Source of the DNA: Deltaproteobacteria bacterium UBA2221
Lineage (GTDB): Bacteria > Desulfobacterota > Syntrophorhabdia > Syntrophorhabdales > WCHB1-27
DNA: 17,834 nucleotides
Assembly (NCBI GenBank): GCA_002328485.1
Contig: DCUF01000004.1
Location: 4,769-22,602, forward strand
Direction: 5' to 3'
Shown: positions 7,638-15,759 of the stretch, in pieces
How the letters are laid out: each line of letters opens with the position of its first letter
Position numbering within the stretch: position 1 is the stretch's first letter
The notes under the pieces: generated by a model
Seen by the model: the letters and a program-made list of their open reading frames with translations, nothing else
Databases searched by the model: none
What the model was told of the DNA's origin: nothing
Made by a program: the position numbers and the translations under genes

Positions 7638-8972
7638 TCAGGGCAGGGGAACGGCTTTATCAGCCAACCAGTGAAGCTTTTCGAGGCCGCCCTGTACGTC
7701 GCCGCCCAGATGGACACGGAGCGCTCGTCTTCCATGCTTCCTCAGGGCCTCCAGATCTCCAAGGGCCTGGGCTTGTTTGAAGGTTCCAAAGGTGTAGGGC
7801 TGCCCAGGGATAGGCGTGTCAACCCCGTCGTCGGCCGTCAACTGGAGGAATAAGCCGGTATTCGGGCCACCCTTATGCAGTTGACCGGTGGAATGGAGAA
7901 AGCGGGGACCAAAACCAACCGTGGTGGCCATGCGCAGACGATCCCGAACGAGAATCCTCAATCGCTCCAGGCCCATGACCGTTTCCGGTGTTTCGGTCAG
8001 GTAGGCCTGAATCGCAAGGTAACTACCTGCTTGTCCTCCCGAGAATAAGGCCTTGAGAAGGTCTTTTGCGGATGCCTCCCCACGATCAGTGTAGAATTCA
8101 AGCCCTCCCTCGAAAAGGGCGGGCCTCGGTTCCGGCAGGGCTCCTCTTTGACGCACGGCGCCAAGCAATTGGTTGGTGTTGTCCTTGCTCTCCTGAACGT
8201 TCGGCTGATCAAAAGGGTTAATCCCCAGCAGACTACCCGCTGTTGCCGTAGCAACCTCCCACAAGAAGAACTGGCCGGCAAGCTCGAAAAGATCCTTCAT
8301 ATCCACCGACAGTACCGGCTGGCCGGCCGACTTCAGGGAGGCTACCGCATTGTCGAGGCCGCTGTCTTGGGCACCCTTGAGCCGGATGCGGACAAAGACC
8401 CTATCCCCTCCATAGACCTGGGGCGATGCGGGCGGCTCACCCGCAACCGGCAGTATGCCTTTCTCCTCCTTGCCCGTACTTTCGGCGATGAGTTGTTCGA
8501 GCCAGGCATCGAACAGGGAGAGTTCCCTGGGCATGATGAAGGTAAGCTTATCCCTTCCCAGAAGGGCCAACTCCCCCATTGCCGTACCCAGGACAACGCC
8601 CGGATTCCTGCGGGCTGGAGCAAGGGGACCGCAAGCGTTCACCATGTCGGAAGCCGACCTTAGAAGGCTGGCCACATCGATGCCCATAAGGGCCGCTGGA
8701 ACGAGGCCGAAGTAGGTCAGAGCCGAGTAACGGCCGCCCACGTCCCTGAAGTTGAGAAAGGTTCTTCTGTATCCCCTCTCCTGTGCCTCATTCGCCAGAG
8801 CAGACCCCGGGTCGGTTATGGCGACGAAGTTGTCCCCGGCAAGCTCGCCCTTCACCGATCTCATCTCCTGGAAGAAGTAGTCGCCAAAGGCTTGGGGTTG
8901 AGCCGTTGTGCCCGATTTTGATGCAACGATGAAGAGCGTCTTTTCGAGAGGAACCCTTTCCCTGATGCTCAA
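7638..8972 (-). CDS. pgi: glucose-6-phosphate isomerase homolog, N-terminally truncated relative to the family (possible pseudogene or gene fragment)
   Basis: Contains PGI signature 1 (LFIVASKSGTT) only about 13 residues from the TTG start, then the SIS-domain GGRYS, then C-terminal TVGFGPRFLHSTGQLHKGG (signature 2 region). Full-length PGIs have about 120-200 residues before SKSGTT, including a GIGGS(D/Y)LG phosphate-binding loop; that region is absent here. An in-frame TGA lies 12 codons upstream (reverse complement of 9009-9011), and no other frame in 9013-9280 encodes the missing part. Confidence 0.7.
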   Translation of the reverse strand: MSIRERVPLEKTLFIVASKSGTTAQPQAFGDYFFQEMRSVKGELAGDNFVAITDPGSALANEAQERGYRRTFLNFRDVGGRYSALTYFGLVPAALMGIDVASLLRSASDMVNACGPLAPARRNPGVVLGTAMGELALLGRDKLTFIMPRELSLFDAWLEQLIAESTGKEEKGILPVAGEPPASPQVYGGDRVFVRIRLKGAQDSGLDNAVASLKSAGQPVLSVDMKDLFELAGQFFLWEVATATAGSLLGINPFDQPNVQESKDNTNQLLGAVRQRGALPEPRPALFEGGLEFYTDRGEASAKDLLKALFSGGQAGSYLAIQAYLTETPETVMGLERLRILVRDRLRMATTVGFGPRFLHSTGQLHKGGPNTGLFLQLTADDGVDTPIPGQPYTFGTFKQAQALGDLEALRKHGRRALRVHLGGDVQGGLEKLHWLADKAVPLP

Positions 8973-9280
8973 TACCGTTGCGGGGTCCGTCGGGCAAGAC
9001 CGCAGTGATCAACAGCCGGGTCGATGCGCATCATTTGCAGCTCCTGCGAGAATTATAGGGGCCTTCGCACGAGCGACAGAGCAAATCGTGATGTTCCTAT
9101 TCTATCAAACCTCTCCCCATTCTGTCCCGTCATCTCCGCGGTCTTCGGTCTTTCTCTGACGCCGTTCTCGATGGACCTGTCCGCCACGGTGAGGCCGAAG
9201 AACCGTTTCAGGGGTTATCCCTAAAAACGGTGAGGGATGACGCGGCCGCTCGGCACCCTCCCGCCAATATCTTTCCGTAA

Positions 9281-9583
9281 TCATACGGGTTGCGTGGTAA
9301 TCCCAAAACCCAGAAAGAGAAGCCTATCGCCGTTGTTGAGCACGACCTGCATGCGCTGACCGTATGTCAGGAAGTTTCGTTCGTTATGAAAGAGCCGCAG
9401 TTCCATATCGATGTCCCCCTCTTCGTCAAGAAGGGTCTGCTTTATTACGGGGCCATACTTCCTGGTCAGGGCGGTGATGACATCGGCCACGGTGTTTCCT
9501 GGGACGTCGATCTCGATCGTCCACTTTTTGTTCATCACCTTGTAGAGATGAGCTATCCCACGAAAGGTCACCTGAATTCTCAT
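9281..9583 (-). CDS. MoaD/ThiS-like beta-grasp (ubiquitin-fold) small protein, lacking the C-terminal Gly-Gly
   Basis: 100 aa: MRIQVTFRG...GNTVADVITALTRKYGP...VVLNNGDRLLFLGFGITTQPV follows the MoaD layout (MIKVxFF..., G.TV.EL...L....P, L.DGD.V.FLPPVSGG) but ends FLGFGITTQPV instead of PPVSGG. No alternative frame restores a GG end. Assignment is by pattern only. Confidence 0.3.
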   Translation of the reverse strand: MRIQVTFRGIAHLYKVMNKKWTIEIDVPGNTVADVITALTRKYGPVIKQTLLDEEGDIDMELRLFHNERNFLTYGQRMQVVLNNGDRLLFLGFGITTQPV

Positions 9584-9748
9584 TGCCCCCCTCCCATAGT
9601 AAGTCTCCAGATAGCTGATTCTCTTTTCGTATAGATTAACACTTGGTCAGGGAAATACAAAAGGCTCCGTGGTCTCCAGTGGGTTGGGGATCTCCAATGC
9701 CATTCTTTTGTGGTAATCTTGAGCATGTCTGGAATCGTGAGGGTCAAT

Positions 9749-10408
9749 ATGGAAGAGAACGCGCCCTGGATAGATGTTTCGGTCCCCCTGGTGAATGGCA
9801 TGATCAGTTATCCGGGTGACCCGCCGGTAGAAATCTCTCGCCTGCCCGCCAACCATGATGAAGACCCGATGATCTCCCGCCTTTCGGCCTCCGTGCACCT
9901 GGGCACGCACATTGACGCCCCACTCCACTATATTCCCGAAGGCAAGGGCATCGACCTGATGCCTGCCGCCGCCATGATCGGTCCTGCGCGGGTCATCGGG
10001 ATTGCCGACCCTCATGTGATTTCCGTCAACGACCTGCAGGCCCATAGTCTATCGCCGGGGGAGCGGATCCTTTTCAAAACTCGAAACTCCTCTCTGTGGG
10101 AGAGCCCTGTCTTCAGGGAGGATTATGTCTATCTCTCGACCGAAGGCGCCTCATTTCTTGCGGAAAAAGGCGTTCTCGCCCTTGGCATAGATTATCTTTC
10201 CATAGGCGGTTTCAACACAAACGAACCTGAAGTCCATCGGATACTGCTCGAGGCGGGCGTGTGGATCATCGAAGGTCTCAATCTAAGGGGGGTAGAGCCC
10301 GGACAGTACGACCTCGTCTGTATGCCGTTACGGATAATCGGCGTAGAGGCAGCGCCGGCGAGGGTAATGATACGACCCTTGCGAAAGCCCGCCGGAGAGC
10401 GGAGCTAG
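9749..10408 (+). CDS. cyclase-family protein (kynurenine formamidase/KynB-like metal-dependent hydrolase)
   Basis: HLGTHIDAPLH matches the cyclase-family HxGTHxDxPxH motif, with conserved Asp/Glu blocks downstream. I chose ATG at 9749 (GAGGG 7 nt upstream) rather than the upstream ATG at 9710. Confidence 0.75.
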   Translation: MEENAPWIDVSVPLVNGMISYPGDPPVEISRLPANHDEDPMISRLSASVHLGTHIDAPLHYIPEGKGIDLMPAAAMIGPARVIGIADPHVISVNDLQAHSLSPGERILFKTRNSSLWESPVFREDYVYLSTEGASFLAEKGVLALGIDYLSIGGFNTNEPEVHRILLEAGVWIIEGLNLRGVEPGQYDLVCMPLRIIGVEAAPARVMIRPLRKPAGERS

Positions 10409-11937
10409 GCCATCATTCTCTTATCGAGGACACGATACTGAATGGCCTCTGCCACGTGGGCCTCTTCGATCAGTTCGCTCGGTTCCAGGTCCGCAATAGT
10501 CCGAGAAAGCTTGAGGATTCGGTGATAGGCCCGGGGTGAAAGGGCATATTTTTCAACCGCTTTCTCCAGTAATCCTTCTGCCCCTTCGGTGGCGGGGCAA
10601 TATCTCTTGATCATCCTCGTAGCCATCCGTCCATTGGAGTAGATCCTTTTGCCTTTAAACCGGGAAGCCTGGATTTTGCGGGCTGTGTTTACCCTTCCCA
10701 GGATGGTGCCCGAGGATTCTTCCTCCGTGTCCATAGAAAGCTCACGGATACTTACGGGCGGAACCTCGATCTGTATGTCGATTCTGTCAAGGAGAGGGCC
10801 CGACAACCGGGAACGGTACTTATGTATCTGGGAAGGCGAGCAGGTGCAGGCCCGTCTGCTGTCGCCGAAATAGCCACAGGGACAAGGGTTCATAGCGGCC
10901 AGAAGCATGAACCGGGCAGGAAATGTGACGGCTTGCGCCGCCCGTGAGATGACAACGGCACCATCTTCGATGGGCTGCCTCAGCGAATCGAGGACATGCC
11001 TCTTAAATTCGGGGAATTCGTCGAGAAAGAGCACGCCGTTGTGAGCCAGGCTGATCTCTCCGGGCCTAGGAACCTGTCCGCCACCGATAAGACCGGCATC
11101 GGAGATGGTGTGGTGGGGCGCCCGGAATGGTTTTTCGACCACAAGAAACTTATCGTCCCTCAACAGCCCGGCAATGCTGTGTATCTTGGTGGTCTCGATC
11201 GCTTCATCGTAATTGAGCGAAGGAAGGATGGTGGGCATTCTTCGAGCGAGCATGGTCTTTCCCGACCCCGGAGGTCCAACCATAAGCACATTATGGCCGC
11301 CGGCCGCAGCAATCTCCAGGGCCCGTTTTGCCTGACTCTGGCCTTTGATGTCTGAGAAGTCGAATTTTTCATTCCGACGGTCGAGCTCTCGGCTGTTCTC
11401 ATCAGGGACGAACCGGTCGAGCTGCACCTTATCCTTGAAAAACTGCACTATCTCAAGGAGATGGGTGGCGCCATATACGTCAATCCCCTTCACCACCGCC
11501 GCTTCACGTCCATTTTCTTGGGGGACGATGATGCTCTTGAACCCCTGCTCCGCGGCATGGATGGCCATGGGTAGGACCCCTTTAATGGGCTTCACCCTTC
11601 CATCCAGAGACAGCTCGCCGGTAATGAGGTAGTCCCTCGTTCGATCCTGACCAATCTGGCTCATGGAGACAAGCATTCCCAGGGCTATGGGAAGATCGAA
11701 TGATGAGCCTTCCTTTCTTACATCTGCTGGGGCTAGGTTGATGGTGATGCGATCGCTGGGAAATTCAAAACCAGCGTTCTTGATGGCGCTTCGCACCCTC
11801 TCCCTGCTTTCCTTTACCGCTGTTTCAGGCAAGCCCACAATGGTGAAAGCCGGAAGGCCGTAGGAAATATCTACCTCAACCTCAACCTTGATTCCATTGA
11901 TGCCATGGAGCGCCGCAGAAAATACCTTCGATATCAT
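10405..11937 (-). CDS. comM: YifB/ComM-family Mg-chelatase-like AAA+ ATPase
   Basis: 510 aa. N-terminal Lon-protease-like domain (VFSAALHGINGIKVEVEVDISYGLPAFTIVGLPETAVKESRERVRSAIKNAGFEFP), Walker A GPPGSGKT, Walker B VLFLDEF, Cys-rich insertion (MNPCPCGYFGDSRRACTCSP) and a C-terminal ComM helical domain. Confidence 0.9.
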   Translation of the reverse strand: MISKVFSAALHGINGIKVEVEVDISYGLPAFTIVGLPETAVKESRERVRSAIKNAGFEFPSDRITINLAPADVRKEGSSFDLPIALGMLVSMSQIGQDRTRDYLITGELSLDGRVKPIKGVLPMAIHAAEQGFKSIIVPQENGREAAVVKGIDVYGATHLLEIVQFFKDKVQLDRFVPDENSRELDRRNEKFDFSDIKGQSQAKRALEIAAAGGHNVLMVGPPGSGKTMLARRMPTILPSLNYDEAIETTKIHSIAGLLRDDKFLVVEKPFRAPHHTISDAGLIGGGQVPRPGEISLAHNGVLFLDEFPEFKRHVLDSLRQPIEDGAVVISRAAQAVTFPARFMLLAAMNPCPCGYFGDSRRACTCSPSQIHKYRSRLSGPLLDRIDIQIEVPPVSIRELSMDTEEESSGTILGRVNTARKIQASRFKGKRIYSNGRMATRMIKRYCPATEGAEGLLEKAVEKYALSPRAYHRILKLSRTIADLEPSELIEEAHVAEAIQYRVLDKRMMA

Positions 11938-11997
11938 AGCCTTTTCAACCTTCTCTTAGGATTGAGCCATGCCGTTCAGTCGCTCTTGATTGCCGTC

Positions 11998-13059
11998 TCA
12001 GTCATCATTCTCCATATGCCCGGCGATCTTTCGGGCATCCTGGTCGCGGTCCTTCGGGCAGACAAGAACGCCCCGCTTCGATGCCACAACGATCAGGTTC
12101 TCCAGCCCGATGGTGCCGACGGGCACATCCTCCCCATAAATCACACAGCCTTTTGTATCAACGCAGACCGCCTCTCCGTGGATACAATTTCCACGCTCAT
12201 CTGCGGGCAGCACCCTCTGCAAGGAACTCCAGGTTCCCACGTCGTCCCAGATGAAACCAGCCTCCAGCATCACCACGTTCTCGGCCTTTTCCATTAACCC
12301 GTAATCGATGGACCTTTTTTCAAGGGCACAAAAAAATTCATCCTTCTTCACCTCATCGCCAGCGTCCATAGCAGCACGGATTTGTTGGAGACCCCGATCC
12401 AGGCGGGGCATATGCCTGGCGATGCCTCGTAGTACCGTGTCGGCCTGCCAGATAAAGATGCCGCTATTCCAGTAGTAGCCGCCCTCAGCCAGGTAATCAG
12501 CCGCCCGGCGGGCGTCCGGTTTTTCAACAAAACGCCGGACCTCAAAACAACCATCCGGCACATCAGACGGGAGGCGCTTGCCCGCCTGAATATACCCATA
12601 ACCCGTTTCCGGGCGGGTCGGCTTGATCCCCGTGGTGACAAGACGGGCGTCGTCCCGGGCCAGGCGAATGCCTTTGCGCATGGTCTCGACAAAGATAAAT
12701 TGGTCAGGGATGTAGTGATCCGAGGGCACGACAACCATGAGGGCCTTGGGATCCTCCCGTTGCAGCGTCACCGCAGCAAGACCGATACAAGGGGCTGTAT
12801 CCCTGCCGGCCGGCTCCACCAGGTACCGTACCGCTGGCCAAAGGGAAAGCTGCTCTTGGGCTATCGCCAGGTGTTCAGCGCCAAGGACCACCATGATGCG
12901 GTCTTCTGGAACGATCTTGAGAAGCCGTTCGACCGTCATCTGTATCATCGTGTTGGTGGCGAGAAGCCTGATAAATGGCTTCGGCACCCTTTTTGTGCTG
13001 AGCGGCCAGAAACGTTCTCCCTTGCCCCCCGCCATGATTACACCGTAGGTGTGTTCCAT
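11998..13059 (-). CDS. manC: mannose-1-phosphate guanylyltransferase (short GMPP/ManC type, nucleotidyltransferase domain only)
   Basis: N-terminal GVIMAGGKGERFWPLS sugar-nucleotidyltransferase loop and LVEPAGRDTAPCIGLAAV. 353 aa with no C-terminal mannose-6-phosphate isomerase/cupin domain. Shine-Dalgarno GAAGGAG 6 nt upstream of the ATG. Confidence 0.8.
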   Translation of the reverse strand: MEHTYGVIMAGGKGERFWPLSTKRVPKPFIRLLATNTMIQMTVERLLKIVPEDRIMVVLGAEHLAIAQEQLSLWPAVRYLVEPAGRDTAPCIGLAAVTLQREDPKALMVVVPSDHYIPDQFIFVETMRKGIRLARDDARLVTTGIKPTRPETGYGYIQAGKRLPSDVPDGCFEVRRFVEKPDARRAADYLAEGGYYWNSGIFIWQADTVLRGIARHMPRLDRGLQQIRAAMDAGDEVKKDEFFCALEKRSIDYGLMEKAENVVMLEAGFIWDDVGTWSSLQRVLPADERGNCIHGEAVCVDTKGCVIYGEDVPVGTIGLENLIVVASKRGVLVCPKDRDQDARKIAGHMENDD

Positions 13060-13120
13060 GTCGCTCCTTCTATCGAACTGAATGAGAATGGTCGTGCCTG
13101 CCCGGACACATTATAGGACC

Positions 13121-13172
13121 GGTTTTCCCGGATCGCGGCTGCAGGTTCACCGCACTAGGCTGCGGGAAAACC
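13121..13172. repeat. perfect 10-bp inverted repeat GGTTTTCCCG-N32-CGGGAAAACC between the cobB stop and the manC start
   Basis: 13121-13130 is the exact reverse complement of 13163-13172. It directly abuts a minus-strand TATAAT (reverse complement of 13110-13115) about 50 nt upstream of manC. Confidence 0.5.
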
Positions 13173-13269
13173 CGTTACAATCTTTTCGCCTCTTGACGCA
13201 CAAAGACCGTCAGTGAGGAGAGAGCCCGATTCCGTCCGCCTCCTCAGGTCGCGCCGGGTCTGCTCCGAA

Positions 13270-14010
13270 TCAGCCGGACAGGTATTGCATAACCCGAGGC
13301 AGTATATCCGACGCGCTTCCTTCGAGGAAATAATCACAGATAGATGAGGTGAAGGGAGTGGGTGAGACATTGATCTCCACCACCTTGGCCCCGCATGAAT
13401 GGGCGGTGTAGGGCAGCTCCGCTGCCGGATAGACTACTCCAGATGTTCCGATGATCATCAGTATTCGGCACCCTCTGGCCGCTTCGCTGGCCCTGGCTGC
13501 CTCTGAGAAAGGTATCTGCTCTCCAAACAAGACGACGTCCGGTTTCAAGGGTTCCCCGCAATGATCACAGGTAGGGAAAGGGGAAATCACGGCAAGGTCT
13601 TCGCTAAAAGGAATCTTCGCCGAACAACGAGGGCAGATAAGACGACGATGGTTGCCATGGTATTCGATGACGTTGCTGTTGCCGGCAATCTGGTGGAGGC
13701 CGTCTACGTTCTGTGTGATAACGGCGTCGAGAAAACCGAGATGCTCCAACTCGCTCAGGGCCAGATGGGCCGGAGAGGGTTTGGCCTCGAAAATCACCTG
13801 CGCCATCTCACGGAGCATGGTCCATACCTTCGCGGGATTCCTGGAAAAGGAATTTATATGGGCGTACTCCATGGGATCATATTTCTCCCAGAGCCCCTGT
13901 CCGCCACGGAAGGCCGGTATCCCCGCGTCGACCGATATGCCGGCACCGGTGAAGGCAACAACGTGGCCCAGATCCCGGATGAGTAGTGCAACCTCCTTAT
14001 ACTTTTCCAC
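13270..14010 (-). CDS. cobB: NAD-dependent protein deacylase, Sir2 family (sirtuin CobB)
   Basis: Rossmann GAGIS, then AGIPAFRG...GLW, then QNVDGLH. Catalytic His in YHGNH. Zn ribbon CPRC...CDHC. 246 aa with a GTG start. Confidence 0.9.
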   Translation of the reverse strand: MEKYKEVALLIRDLGHVVAFTGAGISVDAGIPAFRGGQGLWEKYDPMEYAHINSFSRNPAKVWTMLREMAQVIFEAKPSPAHLALSELEHLGFLDAVITQNVDGLHQIAGNSNVIEYHGNHRRLICPRCSAKIPFSEDLAVISPFPTCDHCGEPLKPDVVLFGEQIPFSEAARASEAARGCRILMIIGTSGVVYPAAELPYTAHSCGAKVVEINVSPTPFTSSICDYFLEGSASDILPRVMQYLSG

Positions 14011-14028
14011 GTGACCTTCTTTTGTAAT

Positions 14029-15057
14029 CTATCGCGCTGGGGAAGAACCGGATTTCCGGTCTTTCAAGACATCCTTGCAGGCAGGAATCTTCCCGAATCC
14101 ATCTGCCTTCTTGACGGCCCGCTTCACTGCCTCTGCAAGCACAAATTCCGCCAGCACGCCAATGCGGTTGACGTCTGCATCCACCCTACCCGTGGCCATC
14201 GCAAAAACAAGGTCCCCATCGAAGGTTGTGTGGACGGGACTAATCGTCTTTATGAGTCCACCTTGGGCCATCTGAGCCACTTTGGTGATCTCTCTCTTAT
14301 TGAACTGCGCGTTGGTTGCTATGACACCCAGTGTGGTATTCTCCATACCGAATTGTTTCTTCGTCTGGCCCTTCTTGAGGCAGTCGACGGTACTGGCAAA
14401 AACGGGGAGACCCCCCTCCCCTCGCAGTCCGGCTATGATCTTGCCCGTCTGATTGTCAATAATATCTCCAAAGGCATTAACGACCACGAAGGCACCAACA
14501 ATGCATCCGTCAGGCGTTGCGACGCTCGCCGTGCCGACCCCGCCTTTCATGGCCCTGGAAAGGGCGAAGAGCTTCCCCACTGTCGCCCCTACACCCACGC
14601 CGACGCTCCCTTCTTCAACCTTTTCAGATGCGTTGAGGCACGCCTCAAAGCCCATCTGCGGTGTCGGGCGCGACCTGTGGTCACCGAAGACAAGGTCAAA
14701 TATAACAGCGGTAGGGACAATAGGTATCTTCATGACACCCACGTCGAAGCCAACCCCTCTTTCCTCAAGGTACCTCATGACACCAGTCGAGGCGTCCAGG
14801 CCAAAAGAGCTACCCCCGCACAGGAGGATCGAGTGGACCTGCTCCACAACATGGTTGATGCTCAGGGCGTCGATCTGACGGGTCCCTGCCGCGCTTCCCC
14901 GGATATCGATGCCGCAGACCGCACCTTGTTCACACAAAATCACGGAGCAGCCCGTATATCCGACAAAGTCGGATGCGTGCCCGACCTTGATGCCTTCAAC
15001 ATCGGTAATGGCGTTGAACATTAAGAGAAAGGTATCAAAACGGGTGTTCCTTGTCAA
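14029..15057 (-). CDS. P1/S58-family peptidase (DmpA / L-aminopeptidase D-Ala-esterase-amidase type)
   Basis: N-terminal DVEGIKVGHASDFVGYTGCSVIL and a Gly-rich core (GGVGTASV...) are typical of DmpA/S58 Ntn-hydrolases. The ORF-track start is TTG at 15057; an internal ATG at 15021 is equally possible. A stronger-looking 337-aa ORF on the opposite strand has no recognisable domain and is rejected. Confidence 0.8.
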   Translation of the reverse strand: MTRNTRFDTFLLMFNAITDVEGIKVGHASDFVGYTGCSVILCEQGAVCGIDIRGSAAGTRQIDALSINHVVEQVHSILLCGGSSFGLDASTGVMRYLEERGVGFDVGVMKIPIVPTAVIFDLVFGDHRSRPTPQMGFEACLNASEKVEEGSVGVGVGATVGKLFALSRAMKGGVGTASVATPDGCIVGAFVVVNAFGDIIDNQTGKIIAGLRGEGGLPVFASTVDCLKKGQTKKQFGMENTTLGVIATNAQFNKREITKVAQMAQGGLIKTISPVHTTFDGDLVFAMATGRVDADVNRIGVLAEFVLAEAVKRAVKKADGFGKIPACKDVLKDRKSGSSPAR

Positions 15058-15248
15058 TCAACCATAGGGGCTTGCGTCTCCCTCTCCACCAGCAAGGCTG
15101 GCGGAGCCCTCCCCCTCTCACCCCCGTTGTTGGTCGCTGCATGACGACAAGAACACAAATGGGGCGATAGTGAAATAGCGAAATGGGGGGACAAGACGTT
15201 TCTCTTCCCACTTCAACGCTATGCGATTTTGCCGCCTCGCCGTCTTTC

Positions 15249-15575
15249 TTATGATTTGAACATAAAAAAAACCGCACCGATGATCAGGACAAAGGCGACC
15301 CCGTAGTTCCACCTGAAGCCTTCTTTAAGATAGACAATGGAAAAGACGGCAAAAATCACGAGCGTGATGACTTCCTGAATAATCTTAAGCTGTGCCGCCG
15401 AAAAATCACGATGGCCGATTCGATTCGCGGGGACCTGAAAACAGTACTCAACAAAGGCGATGAGCCAGCTCACCAGAATTACTTTCCAGAGGGTGGACTG
15501 CTTGAACTTGAGGTGGCCGTACCACGCAATGGTCATAAAGACGTTTGAGATGGCCAGGAGCACGATCGTTTTCAT
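15249..15575 (-). CDS. DMT-superfamily small membrane protein (DUF486-type half-transporter)
   Basis: 108 aa with four hydrophobic helices. The N-terminus MKTIVLLAISNVFMTIAWYGHLKFK and the VPANRIG block match my recollection of the DUF486 / DMT family protein group. Confidence 0.65.
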   Translation of the reverse strand: MKTIVLLAISNVFMTIAWYGHLKFKQSTLWKVILVSWLIAFVEYCFQVPANRIGHRDFSAAQLKIIQEVITLVIFAVFSIVYLKEGFRWNYGVAFVLIIGAVFFMFKS

Positions 15576-15759
15576 GGACTCACTCTATGCCAAAAGGGCA
15601 TGCAAAGTCAGGATGATTTGTCTACCAGGGGCGAAAGGTCTTATCGCACAGGTGCCATGTCGTCTCTTCTTCTGCTCCTCTGGCTTTTCTTTAGCGGAAC
15701 AACTGCTCCATCTCATCCATGAACTCGAATACCGTGGCCTTGATCTCATCGGCGGTCTC

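Noticed and set aside
8148-8663. 171-aa + strand ORF antisense to pgi, plus other overlapping antisense ORFs: 961..1320 (-), 2117..2635 (-), 4213..4635 (-), 12700..13116 (+), 16492..16857 (+)
   Set aside because: All are embedded opposite genes with strong family signatures. They have low-complexity, Arg-rich translations and no Shine-Dalgarno sites.
9024-9224. 66-aa + strand ORF in the gap upstream of the truncated pgi
   Set aside because: Weak ribosome-binding site and no motif. It lies in what looks like deletion-scar DNA.
13270-14010. Whether the sirtuin marks a SIR2-based antiphage system (Thoeris, DSR, SIR2-HerA)
   Set aside because: The protein is a standalone 246-aa class III sirtuin with an intact Zn ribbon and catalytic His. 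It has no SLOG, TIR, HerA, pAgo or other effector-associated domain or partner gene nearby.
14011-15024. 337-aa ORF on the + strand antisense to the DmpA peptidase gene
   Set aside because: No recognisable domain and an Arg/His/Cys-rich composition typical of antisense frames in GC-rich DNA. The minus-strand frame has clear S58/DmpA motifs.
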